Shown here one piece after another: positions 8,856 to 15,966 of a DNA stretch of 15,966 bases. Position numbers and translations under genes: made by a program. The notes under the pieces were generated by a model that was not told where the DNA came from, did no database searches, and worked only from the letters and a program-made list of their open reading frames with translations. The stretch lies in the NCBI GenBank assembly GCA_039030515.1, contig JBCCEA010000056.1:1-15966 (forward strand), written 5' to 3'. This DNA is from Myxococcota bacterium. Its GTDB lineage: Bacteria > Myxococcota_A > Polyangia > Polyangiales > Houyiibacteriaceae. Numbering within the stretch: the stretch's first letter is position 1; each line of letters starts with the position of its first letter.

Positions 8856-9698
8856 ATGCCTTTTCGAGGTCCACACCGCCGTTTTCGACCAGGAGACTTG
8901 GTGTACGGTCTGAATTTGGACTTTAAATACCCAGAACTGGAACGCATCTTTTGTTTACCGCCTGGTCTGCTGAGTACCAGAATACGGAATCAGTTTCTAG
9001 CGCAAGTATATCCCAACTGGGAGCGAGAAAAACTCTATGTGTTTATTGATCAATACAATCGTCGTTTTCTTGCTGTAGAGCCCTCCGCAAAACAGATCCC
9101 CATCGATCAGAGACCTGACCCTCAGTTGAAAACAATAAACTTCAACTACAACAAAACCGAACGACCCAGCGGCCTTCCTCCACATGTACAGGAGTTCCGC
9201 AACTACCTCGAATCGGTCCCGGGCAGAGATCCGCGTGAGGTCCCTTTGCCTGTGCACAGGCCGGCCCGCATACGACGGGCCTGCAAGGGAGGAATCGAGT
9301 GGATTTTGCAGCCCGGCAATGAGCGCCATATCCATTTCATCTTAGAGGGCATAGACCATCAAGCCGTCGTCGAAAAGAACGCGCGCGACGACAACACTCA
9401 AGTCACAGGCTATCTCACTCCTCAACTCAGGTTTATCGAAGATCCCAATCTAAAGATTCGAAACTATACGGGTAGCGAACTGCGATGGATCTTTCGCCAC
9501 CGACGCGATCCTAGAGTGCAAGCAAAGGTTCAATTTTGGCGATATGTTGGCTGGCGATCCGTCTGGGGAGGGGACTCGTATGTGCCGTGCCCGCCTCCAT
9601 GGGAGAAAGGTCCGAACAAAAAGTACTGGGATTGGTACGAACAGCGGCGCCGTAAGGATGGGAAGTCTGAGTATATGTATGCGCAGGAAGTGGGCTAA
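8856..9698 (+). CDS. Hypothetical protein, putative GogB/EspK C-terminal-like effector/toxin domain (paralog 2, 280 aa)
   Basis: Start moved from 8763 to ATG 8856 because MPFRGPHRRFRPGDLVYGL aligns with the paralog 1 N-terminus MPFQPPYREFQPGDLVYGL. Shares all motif blocks with paralog 1. Confidence 0.8.
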   Translation: MPFRGPHRRFRPGDLVYGLNLDFKYPELERIFCLPPGLLSTRIRNQFLAQVYPNWEREKLYVFIDQYNRRFLAVEPSAKQIPIDQRPDPQLKTINFNYNKTERPSGLPPHVQEFRNYLESVPGRDPREVPLPVHRPARIRRACKGGIEWILQPGNERHIHFILEGIDHQAVVEKNARDDNTQVTGYLTPQLRFIEDPNLKIRNYTGSELRWIFRHRRDPRVQAKVQFWRYVGWRSVWGGDSYVPCPPPWEKGPNKKYWDWYEQRRRKDGKSEYMYAQEVG

Positions 9699-9871
9699 AT
9701 CGAGAGCGTTGTTCTCCACCCTCGCCCTGCGAAGAGAGCCTTCTTTAGGCAATCAAAAGTCAGCCTTGCGAGTGGCCGCTCAATCTTGAGAATAAGCGAC
9801 CACTGACAAGGCAGTTTTTGAAGTACGGCTGCCGGCAAGAATCCGAGGCTCTATTGGTAGCGTTTTTGACG

Positions 9872-11062
9872 CTAGAGTTCGCCGCTAGGGGGCAGAAAAC
9901 CGGCCGGCAAGAGCGCCGTGTCGATCTCATGCATGACACCGTTCAACACCACGATATTCTTTCCGCCAGGGACGATGCGCGCAGCGGCAACGTTGTCCGG
10001 ACCGCGGAACGTAGCTTGAACCTCCGGATTCTGGCTGAGGTCTTCAGCAGTCGCAGTGATGTCTTCACCGGTCTCGGTAGAAACTGGACCGTCCGCGACA
10101 CTGGCAGCCAGAACAGGAGCCGAAAAACCCTGCCTATCAAATACATGCGTCAGCAACAAATCGCTGATTTCAGCAGCTGTAAAAATTGTCTCTATGGGAT
10201 CGTCTAAACTGGACTCCAAATCCAGAAACGCAGCGTCGTTCGGGGCGAGCAGAGTCACAACTTCAGTGTCATTGCTAAGCAAGTCGAGCATGAAATTGGA
10301 TGTTTCACTGCCGGATTCGGCGACCGCGCCGAGGAGCTCCGTAAAGCCCGCAGCAGCAGCCATCTCTGCGATGTTCGGCACCTCCAGCACTCGGTCGATT
10401 ACGTGTATCACGCCGTTCGTCGCTTCAATCGTATCGACCACGTTGTACACCACGGCATCTCCCATCTGGCTGTTCAGGGTGATGGTCGAACCGCTAACCG
10501 ACACATACAGTGAGTAATTGTTGCCGTTGGCATCTGTAGACAAGGTAGATAGGAAGGTACTTGCGCTTGGAGTCAATTCTCCACTGACTACGTGATACTG
10601 AAGCGCATTCGTCAACTCAGCGGTGTCTGTAGGAAATCCATCGATCCCCGTCGCGTTATCACTCGGTGCGAATACCGTATGCGGACCATCAACGTCTTCA
10701 TCGAATCCACCGGTGAGACTCGCCGTGTCCAAGGCCGCAAGCAAAGCGCTGAAATTGTAATCGGTACTGTGGGTCAGCTCGTCGACGATCGTTTCCACTT
10801 GGTCAACGCTGCCGTCTACCTCCCCATCAGTCTCGGTTGCGCCATCGGTCTCGGTTGCGCCATCGGTCTCGGTTGCGCCATCGGTCTCGGTTGCGCCATC
10901 GGTCTCGGTTGCGCCATCAGTCTCGGTTGCGCCATCAGTCTCGGTTGCGCCATCAGTCTCGGGTCCACCATCAGCAGAATCACCGTCATCATCACTACAT
11001 CCAACCATGAACAACATTGATGCGATCAAGCATCCTGCAAAAAGATTCCGTAATACCAACAT
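9872..11062 (-). CDS. Fasciclin (2x FAS1) domain lipoprotein with acidic ETDGAT-repeat linker
   Basis: Lipobox MVG-C. FAS1 H1/H2 motifs TVFAPSDNA, YHVV, ATNGVIHVIDRVL, TLLAPNDAAF, NGVMHEIDTALLP. SD AGGAGG at 11072-11077. Confidence 0.93.
   Translation of the reverse strand: MLVLRNLFAGCLIASMLFMVGCSDDDGDSADGGPETDGATETDGATETDGATETDGATETDGATETDGATETDGATETDGEVDGSVDQVETIVDELTHSTDYNFSALLAALDTASLTGGFDEDVDGPHTVFAPSDNATGIDGFPTDTAELTNALQYHVVSGELTPSASTFLSTLSTDANGNNYSLYVSVSGSTITLNSQMGDAVVYNVVDTIEATNGVIHVIDRVLEVPNIAEMAAAAGFTELLGAVAESGSETSNFMLDLLSNDTEVVTLLAPNDAAFLDLESSLDDPIETIFTAAEISDLLLTHVFDRQGFSAPVLAASVADGPVSTETGEDITATAEDLSQNPEVQATFRGPDNVAAARIVPGGKNIVVLNGVMHEIDTALLPAGFLPPSGEL
10824..10962 (-). repeat. 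Coding 18-bp VNTR (ETDGAT x7 + partial)
   Basis: Plus-strand unit CCATCRGTCTCGGTTGCG, 7 full copies plus a partial eighth. Confidence 0.95.
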
Positions 11063-11369
11063 CTCTGCGGTCCTCCTACCAAACTCCCTTTTGAGCTCGT
11101 CCTCAACGAACCCGAGAGCTACGGGCTCATGTCACTACCAGAGATGTGCATATATCCCTAGGGCTCTCGACAAAATCGAATCGACGATCTCATGGCCAGT
11201 CTACGTCCACTGCACGTACCTGCCACATTCACGCGGCCCCGATCAGTTCGGCGACCAGCCAGGCTCAAATCAGGACAGAGGCCCCGAGCATGTTCCTCGA
11301 AGACCCCTCCCACACTACCCGGCATGCGGATCCGAATCGGACAGTTCGGGGAGTTGAGGTCACACAAAG

Positions 11370-11408
11370 CCAAAAGCCGCTCGGATTGGGTTCCGAACGG
11401 CTTTTTGG
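11370..11408. terminator. Intrinsic, probably bidirectional terminator between the fasciclin genes
   Basis: CCAAAAGCCGCTCGGA-ttgggt-TCCGAACGGCTTTTTGG hairpin with T-tracts on both strands, ~105 bp downstream of the 11515 stop. Confidence 0.8.
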
Positions 11409-11514
11409 TTGGTTTGTTTTCGGCCGCGGTTTCAGCTGATCAGCTGGTTGTGGATCAACTGAGCACTGATCAACGGACCGCTGTCAACTGAAGAGAGCCG
11501 CGGCTATTCGAGCG

Positions 11515-12597
11515 TTACTTATCGCTGCTTGGAGGAGCCGGCAGGAGAACGGCATTGATCTCGTGGATGACTCCGTTTTCCACCACGATGTCCTTACCCG
11601 CGGCGACTACCGTTGCGGCAGAGTCATTGCCATCACCCGCGAAAGTCGCTTGAACCATGGGATCCGCAGTGAGGTTTTCGGCAGTCGTAGTGAGGTCTTC
11701 CCCATTTGCGGTAGTCACGGTTCCGTTCGGCACGTCCGCAGCGAGTACCGGCGCGGTGCCGCTGAGGTCAAGTACGTGAAGCTGGAGAATGCTGTTGATT
11801 TCGGCGGCGGTGAACTCCACCTCGAGATCTCCCCCAAGTGCCGTTTCCGCGGCGAGGAACGCAGCGTTGTTTGGCGCGAGCAGGGTGATGACGTCAGCGT
11901 CGTCGCCGAGAAGCCCCGCGATGTCTGTGAGTCCTTCGCCCGCTGAGTTGCCCACTGCGTCGAGAAGCTCGGTGAAGCCGGCTGCGGTGGCCATCTCTGC
12001 GATGTTGGGCACGTCGAGCACCCGGTCGATCACGTGGATGACGCCGTTGTTTGCGTCGATCGTGTCCACCACGGTGTACACCACGGCGTCTCCCATCTGG
12101 CTGTTCAGCGTGATCACCGGGGACGTACCAGTGTTATCAACCCAGACGTAGAGCGAGTAGTTGTTTCCGGCTGCGTCCGTTGCGCTCGTGGGGAGGAAGG
12201 TGGTCTCGTCCGGAGTCAGGTCGCCAGCGACCACGTGATAGCCGATCGCTGTCGCCAGGTCGGCCGCTGCCGTCGGAAGCATGTCGATGCCCGTTGCGTC
12301 GTTGCTGGGAGCGAATACCGTGAGCGGCCCGTCGGTCTCTTCGTCCACCAATGCAAGGAGATTGGCGGTGTCTATTGCGTCGAGGAGCATGGAGAAGTTG
12401 TATTTCGTGCTGGTCGTGAGCAGGTCAGCGATCGTACCTGCTTCGATCGTGCTGGCGTCTGCTGCAGCGTCGATTTCGGCGTCCATCTCCATACCGCCGT
12501 CGGCGGTGTCGTCGTCATCATCATCTCCACATGCGACCATAAGCGACAGCGATGTCATCATGAGTGCTGTCAAGAGATTCCGTGCTGTAAGCATCAT
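11515..12597 (-). CDS. Fasciclin (2x FAS1) domain lipoprotein (360 aa), paralog of 9872-11062
   Basis: Start moved from 12747 to ATG 12597: SD AGGAGG at 12604-12609, and signal peptide MMLTARNLL...MVA-C matches the paralog. FAS1 motifs TVFAPSNDA, NNGVIHVIDRVL, ENGVIHEINAVLLP. Confidence 0.93.
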   Translation of the reverse strand: MMLTARNLLTALMMTSLSLMVACGDDDDDDTADGGMEMDAEIDAAADASTIEAGTIADLLTTSTKYNFSMLLDAIDTANLLALVDEETDGPLTVFAPSNDATGIDMLPTAAADLATAIGYHVVAGDLTPDETTFLPTSATDAAGNNYSLYVWVDNTGTSPVITLNSQMGDAVVYTVVDTIDANNGVIHVIDRVLDVPNIAEMATAAGFTELLDAVGNSAGEGLTDIAGLLGDDADVITLLAPNNAAFLAAETALGGDLEVEFTAAEINSILQLHVLDLSGTAPVLAADVPNGTVTTANGEDLTTTAENLTADPMVQATFAGDGNDSAATVVAAGKDIVVENGVIHEINAVLLPAPPSSDK

Positions 12598-12823
12598 TTC
12601 AGTCCTCCTGCGAAAGCCCCGATGGGGTGTCTTTCGCCAATCCAATAAGCTGAAAAATCTAAGGAGAAACCCCGAAAGGCCTGCTCCGTTGATTCTCAGA
12701 AGCTTTTGCCCGTAAAACCCGTTAGTCGGTTTGTACGGAAATCGCAAGTTACATGGAGCCGACAGCGCGAACTGCCAAGCGCTTGCGAGCGTCGGTACGA
12801 TACAAGAGTCACCCCTGGTTCAT

Positions 12824-13771
12824 CTAGAGCAATTCAGGAGTCCCAGGCAGATGAAACGGCGCGGCATCGACCGAGGCAAGATCGAAGACCGGCCGCAAAT
12901 CGGAGGGCCCCTCGATGTGCGGCGGCGGCACCAGGCCGAGCGAGTCTGCAAGCCAGCCCAAAGTACGCGCCCTCGACCAGCCCTTTTGACGGAGGCTCTG
13001 CAGGGTGGCTCCTCCATGCCGCTTCGACAGTTTCACCCCGTCACCCCCGAGCACCAGAGGCACGTGAAGGAAGCGGGGCACGGGTAGGGATAGGGCCCGG
13101 TAAAGGGCGATCTGGCGCGGCGTCGAGTCCAGCAAGTCTTCTCCACGAACTACCTCGGTGATCTTCATTTCTGCATCGTCAACAACTACGGCCAGCTGAT
13201 ACGAAAAAAGGCCGTCGGCACGTCTTACGACAAAGTCACCAGGCACCTTCCCTTCCGGGATGGGTCCGCAAAACAGATCGGTGAACCCGGGGGAGCGCTC
13301 GGGCATCCGGAAGCGGTAGGCCATCGGCCCCTTCGATCGCTTGGGACCGTTGCGGCAGGTGCCGGGATAGGCTTGGGTTTTGGCAAGGCCGTGGGGGGCA
13401 TTGGCGATCGCTTCAGCGACGTCCTTGCGGGAGCAGCTGCAGGGATAGACCGCCCCCATCGAGACCAGGCGCTGAAACGCCTCCTCGTAACGGTCGATTC
13501 TTTCGGACTGCCGGTAGGGGCCGAAGGCGCCCCCGAGATCGCCCCCCTCAGCCCAAGATAGGCCCAGCCAGCGCAGGTCTTCGTAGATGGCCGCTTCGAA
13601 CTCCACACGAGACCGGAGCGGATCGAGGTCTTCGATCCGGAGCACCAGGTCACCGCCCTGATCAAGGGCCCGGAGGTAGGCGATAAGTGCAGTGCGCGCA
13701 TGACCTAGGTGGAGCCTGCCGGTGGGCGACGGGGCGAGACGGGAGCGGTAGGCAGACTTGCATGCAGGCAT
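12824..13771 (-). CDS. gluQ: tRNA glutamyl-Q(34) synthetase GluQRS (YadB)
   Basis: RLAPSPTGRLHLGH (HIGH), LRIEDLD, YRQSER, Zn motif CSCS...YPGTC, YQLAVVVDD, VVRGEDL, KLSKR. Short (~315 aa) with no anticodon domain. Start placed at ATG 13771 rather than 14236. Confidence 0.92.
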   Translation of the reverse strand: MPACKSAYRSRLAPSPTGRLHLGHARTALIAYLRALDQGGDLVLRIEDLDPLRSRVEFEAAIYEDLRWLGLSWAEGGDLGGAFGPYRQSERIDRYEEAFQRLVSMGAVYPCSCSRKDVAEAIANAPHGLAKTQAYPGTCRNGPKRSKGPMAYRFRMPERSPGFTDLFCGPIPEGKVPGDFVVRRADGLFSYQLAVVVDDAEMKITEVVRGEDLLDSTPRQIALYRALSLPVPRFLHVPLVLGGDGVKLSKRHGGATLQSLRQKGWSRARTLGWLADSLGLVPPPHIEGPSDLRPVFDLASVDAAPFHLPGTPELL

Positions 13772-13795
13772 CGAGTATGGCTTTGTATCAACCTT

Positions 13796-14548
13796 ATGCG
13801 GGGCCGCCACGACACTGCCGGGTGCTTTCCGACGGGGCGACACTACCCGGGCATCGCGGAACGGATCGCCCAGGCGATCGATCGCGTGGAGGGGCTGTGC
13901 GAGGCCTTCGATGCGGCTGCACCTTGGCGAACGCTGCCGTTTGCGGTGCTCGACTTTGAAACCACGGGTCGAGACCCTCAGCTCGACCGGGTCGTCGAGA
14001 TCGGCATCGTCTGTTTTTCGGACGGGGTGCGTACCGAGCGCTACGAGCAGCTGATCAACCCCGGCAGGGAAATCCCGGAGGAAGCCAAGAACGTACACGG
14101 CATCTCCAACGAGGACGTGCGCGGAGCCCCACGCTTTGGCGACGTGGTTGGACGCGTCTTTGAGCTGCTTCAGGGTCACCTGCCCGTCGCGTACAATGCG
14201 GCCTTCGACCGAGGCTTTTTGCTGGCCGAATGCCAACGCAACCGAGACACCTCGCGAGACACGGAACCGCCGCCCGCGCTGATCGAAGACGTGGTGTGGA
14301 TCGACCCTCTGGTGTGGGCCCGCGAAATCCTCAAGGGGCAGCGCAGTCGCAAGTTGGCCGCGGTCGCAAAGTACTTTGGAGTCGATCTCTCACAGGCCCA
14401 CCGAGCTGCAGGAGACGCTCAGGCGACCGGCGAAGTGCTTTTGGCGATGGCGGACCAAATGCCGAGCAGCTACGGGGAGCTCATTCGACTGCAGCGTTCC
14501 TACGCCGCTCGGCAAGAGCATGCGATGTCGTTCTGGCGTCGCGGCTGA
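13796..14548 (+). CDS. DEDDh 3'-5' exonuclease (DnaQ/DNA Pol III epsilon-like)
   Basis: ExoI VLDFETTG, ExoII AYNAAFD, ExoIII AHRAAGDA, plus VHGISNEDV. Start placed at ATG 13796 to avoid overlap with gluQ. Confidence 0.9.
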   Translation: MRGRHDTAGCFPTGRHYPGIAERIAQAIDRVEGLCEAFDAAAPWRTLPFAVLDFETTGRDPQLDRVVEIGIVCFSDGVRTERYEQLINPGREIPEEAKNVHGISNEDVRGAPRFGDVVGRVFELLQGHLPVAYNAAFDRGFLLAECQRNRDTSRDTEPPPALIEDVVWIDPLVWAREILKGQRSRKLAAVAKYFGVDLSQAHRAAGDAQATGEVLLAMADQMPSSYGELIRLQRSYAARQEHAMSFWRRG

Positions 14549-14584
14549 GCGGGTGGAGACAGGACGCGCAGGTGGAGACGCCAC

Positions 14585-15544
14585 ATGCAGGCTGAGACGA
14601 AACCCCAAATCGCATCGCGACATCTATGGCTTTATTTCGGGCTGAGCTGCTCAGGCAGCTGGTCTCTCTGTGCCGTCTTCTACCTGCAGGGGGTCGAATG
14701 GGGCTCCCCCGCCTCTCGATTTCTAGGCATCCTCTACACGGTATGCCCCTGCGTAGCGGCTCTGATCGTGCAGGGTCCCGTCCGAAAGCGACCGATCCTC
14801 CAGCCTTTTGGACTTCGGGCGGGCTCAAAGATCTGGGTCTGGTTGCCGCTCGCCTCTCTTTTACCGCTCGGCATCGCCATGCTCACCTTGATGCTTTCGG
14901 CGTTGCTACCCAGCCTCGAGGTCGCCTGGACTACGGAAGCCTGGGTCGCGCTCAACTCCGGATCGGTTCCGGCGGAGAAGCGAACGGAGTTTCTAGAGGC
15001 GATCCGCGCGATGCCGGTGCATCCGGGTGTGGCTCAGAGCATACAGGCCGTGCTGGTCGGGCTCACCATCAACGCGGCGCTCTGTCTGTTTGAGGAACTC
15101 GGCTGGCGTGGGTTTCTCTACCAGCAGCCCGCAACACCTCGATACCAGTTCGCGCGAGTGGGTCTGCTCTGGGGCCTGTGGCACGTGCCTTTGGTGCTCT
15201 ACGGACATCTCTACCCTCAAAATCCATGGCCGGGGGCCGCCTTGATCTTTCTCGCAACCCTAGCGCAAAGCGTGATCCTCGATGTGCTGCGTCGCAGCAG
15301 CGGCTCTATCGTGCCTGTGGTGGTGTTCCGCGGCACGCTGATGGCGATGATGCCGATCATCGGGCTTGCAAGTCCGATCCCGACGGCCCCCCGAGGCCTG
15401 ATCGGCGGCGGCACCGATCTGCATACGGGAATCACCGGCGCTCCAGGAATCGCAGCGACAGCCCTCATCGGCGCCCTTCTCGTTATCTATGTCAAACGCC
15501 AAGCATCAAAGTCACGGCCCGCTTCCGCACCATCAACCCTGTGA
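14585..15544 (+). CDS. CPBP (CAAX protease/Abi) family intramembrane protein, motif-4 variant
   Basis: EELGWRGFL and WGLWH motifs, multiple TM segments, GGAGA SD. Lies 36 bp after the exonuclease stop. Confidence 0.85.
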   Translation: MQAETKPQIASRHLWLYFGLSCSGSWSLCAVFYLQGVEWGSPASRFLGILYTVCPCVAALIVQGPVRKRPILQPFGLRAGSKIWVWLPLASLLPLGIAMLTLMLSALLPSLEVAWTTEAWVALNSGSVPAEKRTEFLEAIRAMPVHPGVAQSIQAVLVGLTINAALCLFEELGWRGFLYQQPATPRYQFARVGLLWGLWHVPLVLYGHLYPQNPWPGAALIFLATLAQSVILDVLRRSSGSIVPVVVFRGTLMAMMPIIGLASPIPTAPRGLIGGGTDLHTGITGAPGIAATALIGALLVIYVKRQASKSRPASAPSTL

Positions 15545-15562
15545 CGTCGTGACGGATCCGGG

Positions 15563-15674
15563 CTAGGCCCGCTGGGCCGAGGAGGAGGAGGGTACGAGTC
15601 GGTACCTGACGACGAGGCGCAAGGCGGCAAGCGGTCGTTCAGGCCTAGCGACCACCACCCCCCAGCGGGCCTAG
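15563..15674. mobile_element. MITE-like element with perfect 14-bp terminal inverted repeats including CTAG ends
   Basis: CTAGGCCCGCTGGG (15563-15576) and CCCAGCGGGCCTAG (15661-15674). Internal hairpin GGTAC-gagtcg-GTACC. Confidence 0.6.
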
Positions 15675-15966
15675 GTTGGTCGAAACAGCCAGCGCCCCGG
15701 AAGCGCAGGAGCGCAGGAGTATTTACGATACTTCGAACGTCGAGCATGGGAGGTAAGCAGGCGTTCAGGCCTAGCGACCACCACCCCCCCAGCGGGGCCT
15801 AGGTTGGTCGAAACAGCCAGCGCCCCGCACGCGCAGGCGCGCAGGAGTATTTACGATACTTCAAGCGACGAGCATGGGAGGTAAGCAGGCGTTCAGGCCT
15901 AGCGAGTAACCCCCCCAGCGGGCCTAGGTTGGTCGAAACAGCCAGCGCCCCGGAAGCGCAGGAGCG
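15636..15966. repeat. Tandem ~126-128-bp structured repeat (2.6 copies visible, runs off the window)
   Basis: CGTTCAGGCCTAGCGA recurs at 15636, 15762 and 15890. CTAGGTTGGTCGAAACAGCCAGCGCCCCG recurs at 15671, 15799 and 15924. Confidence 0.95.

Noticed and set aside
5144..9698. Diversity-generating retroelement TR/VR pair
   Set aside because: Both copies are full ORFs, differences are not adenine-specific, and no reverse transcriptase is in the window.
12598..12747. 50-aa N-terminal extension of the second fasciclin ORF
   Set aside because: A strong SD and the lipoprotein signal define the start at 12597.
12700..12780. c-di-GMP-I riboswitch (GACAGC...CTGCC)
   Set aside because: It is on the wrong strand for the fasciclin gene, and the GGCAAA/GNRA/GCAAA P2 architecture is not recognisable.
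13772..14236. N-terminal extension of gluQ in the 470-aa ORF
   Set aside because: It is the antisense shadow of the exonuclease gene; GluQRS homology starts at YRSRLAPSPTG.
2431..15747. Numerous overlapping 60-240 aa alternative-frame and antisense ORFs
   Set aside because: Typical shadow ORFs of GC-rich genes, with no recognisable motifs.
15636..15966. CRISPR array
   Set aside because: The whole ~127-bp unit repeats; the intervening sequences are not unique spacers.

Overview
Bacterial genomic window that most resembles Myxococcota (Polyangia-like). That call is inferred from the acidic 'C-G/S-DDD' lipoproteins, the copper monooxygenase lipoprotein and the GC-rich core genes. The GC-rich genes are a membrane/spermidine-synthase-TPR fusion, a heme c-copper monooxygenase lipoprotein, two paralogous fasciclin lipoproteins, gluQ, a DEDDh exonuclease and a CPBP protein. 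Visibly more AT-rich orphan genes are interleaved among them. Two orphans (5144-5968 and 8856-9698) are paralogs whose motifs resemble, from memory, the GogB/EspK C-terminal effector domain, making them candidate NAD-consuming toxins. A third (6073-6967, minus) is frameshifted by a 22-bp tandem duplication and sits beside a decayed IS3-family remnant that the ORF track does not resolve. A fourth (392-1927) is bracketed by arrays of one 18-bp repeat. The window ends in a CTAG-delimited, modular ~126-bp repeat array that starts with a MITE-like element. No database searches were possible, so family calls rest on motif recognition.
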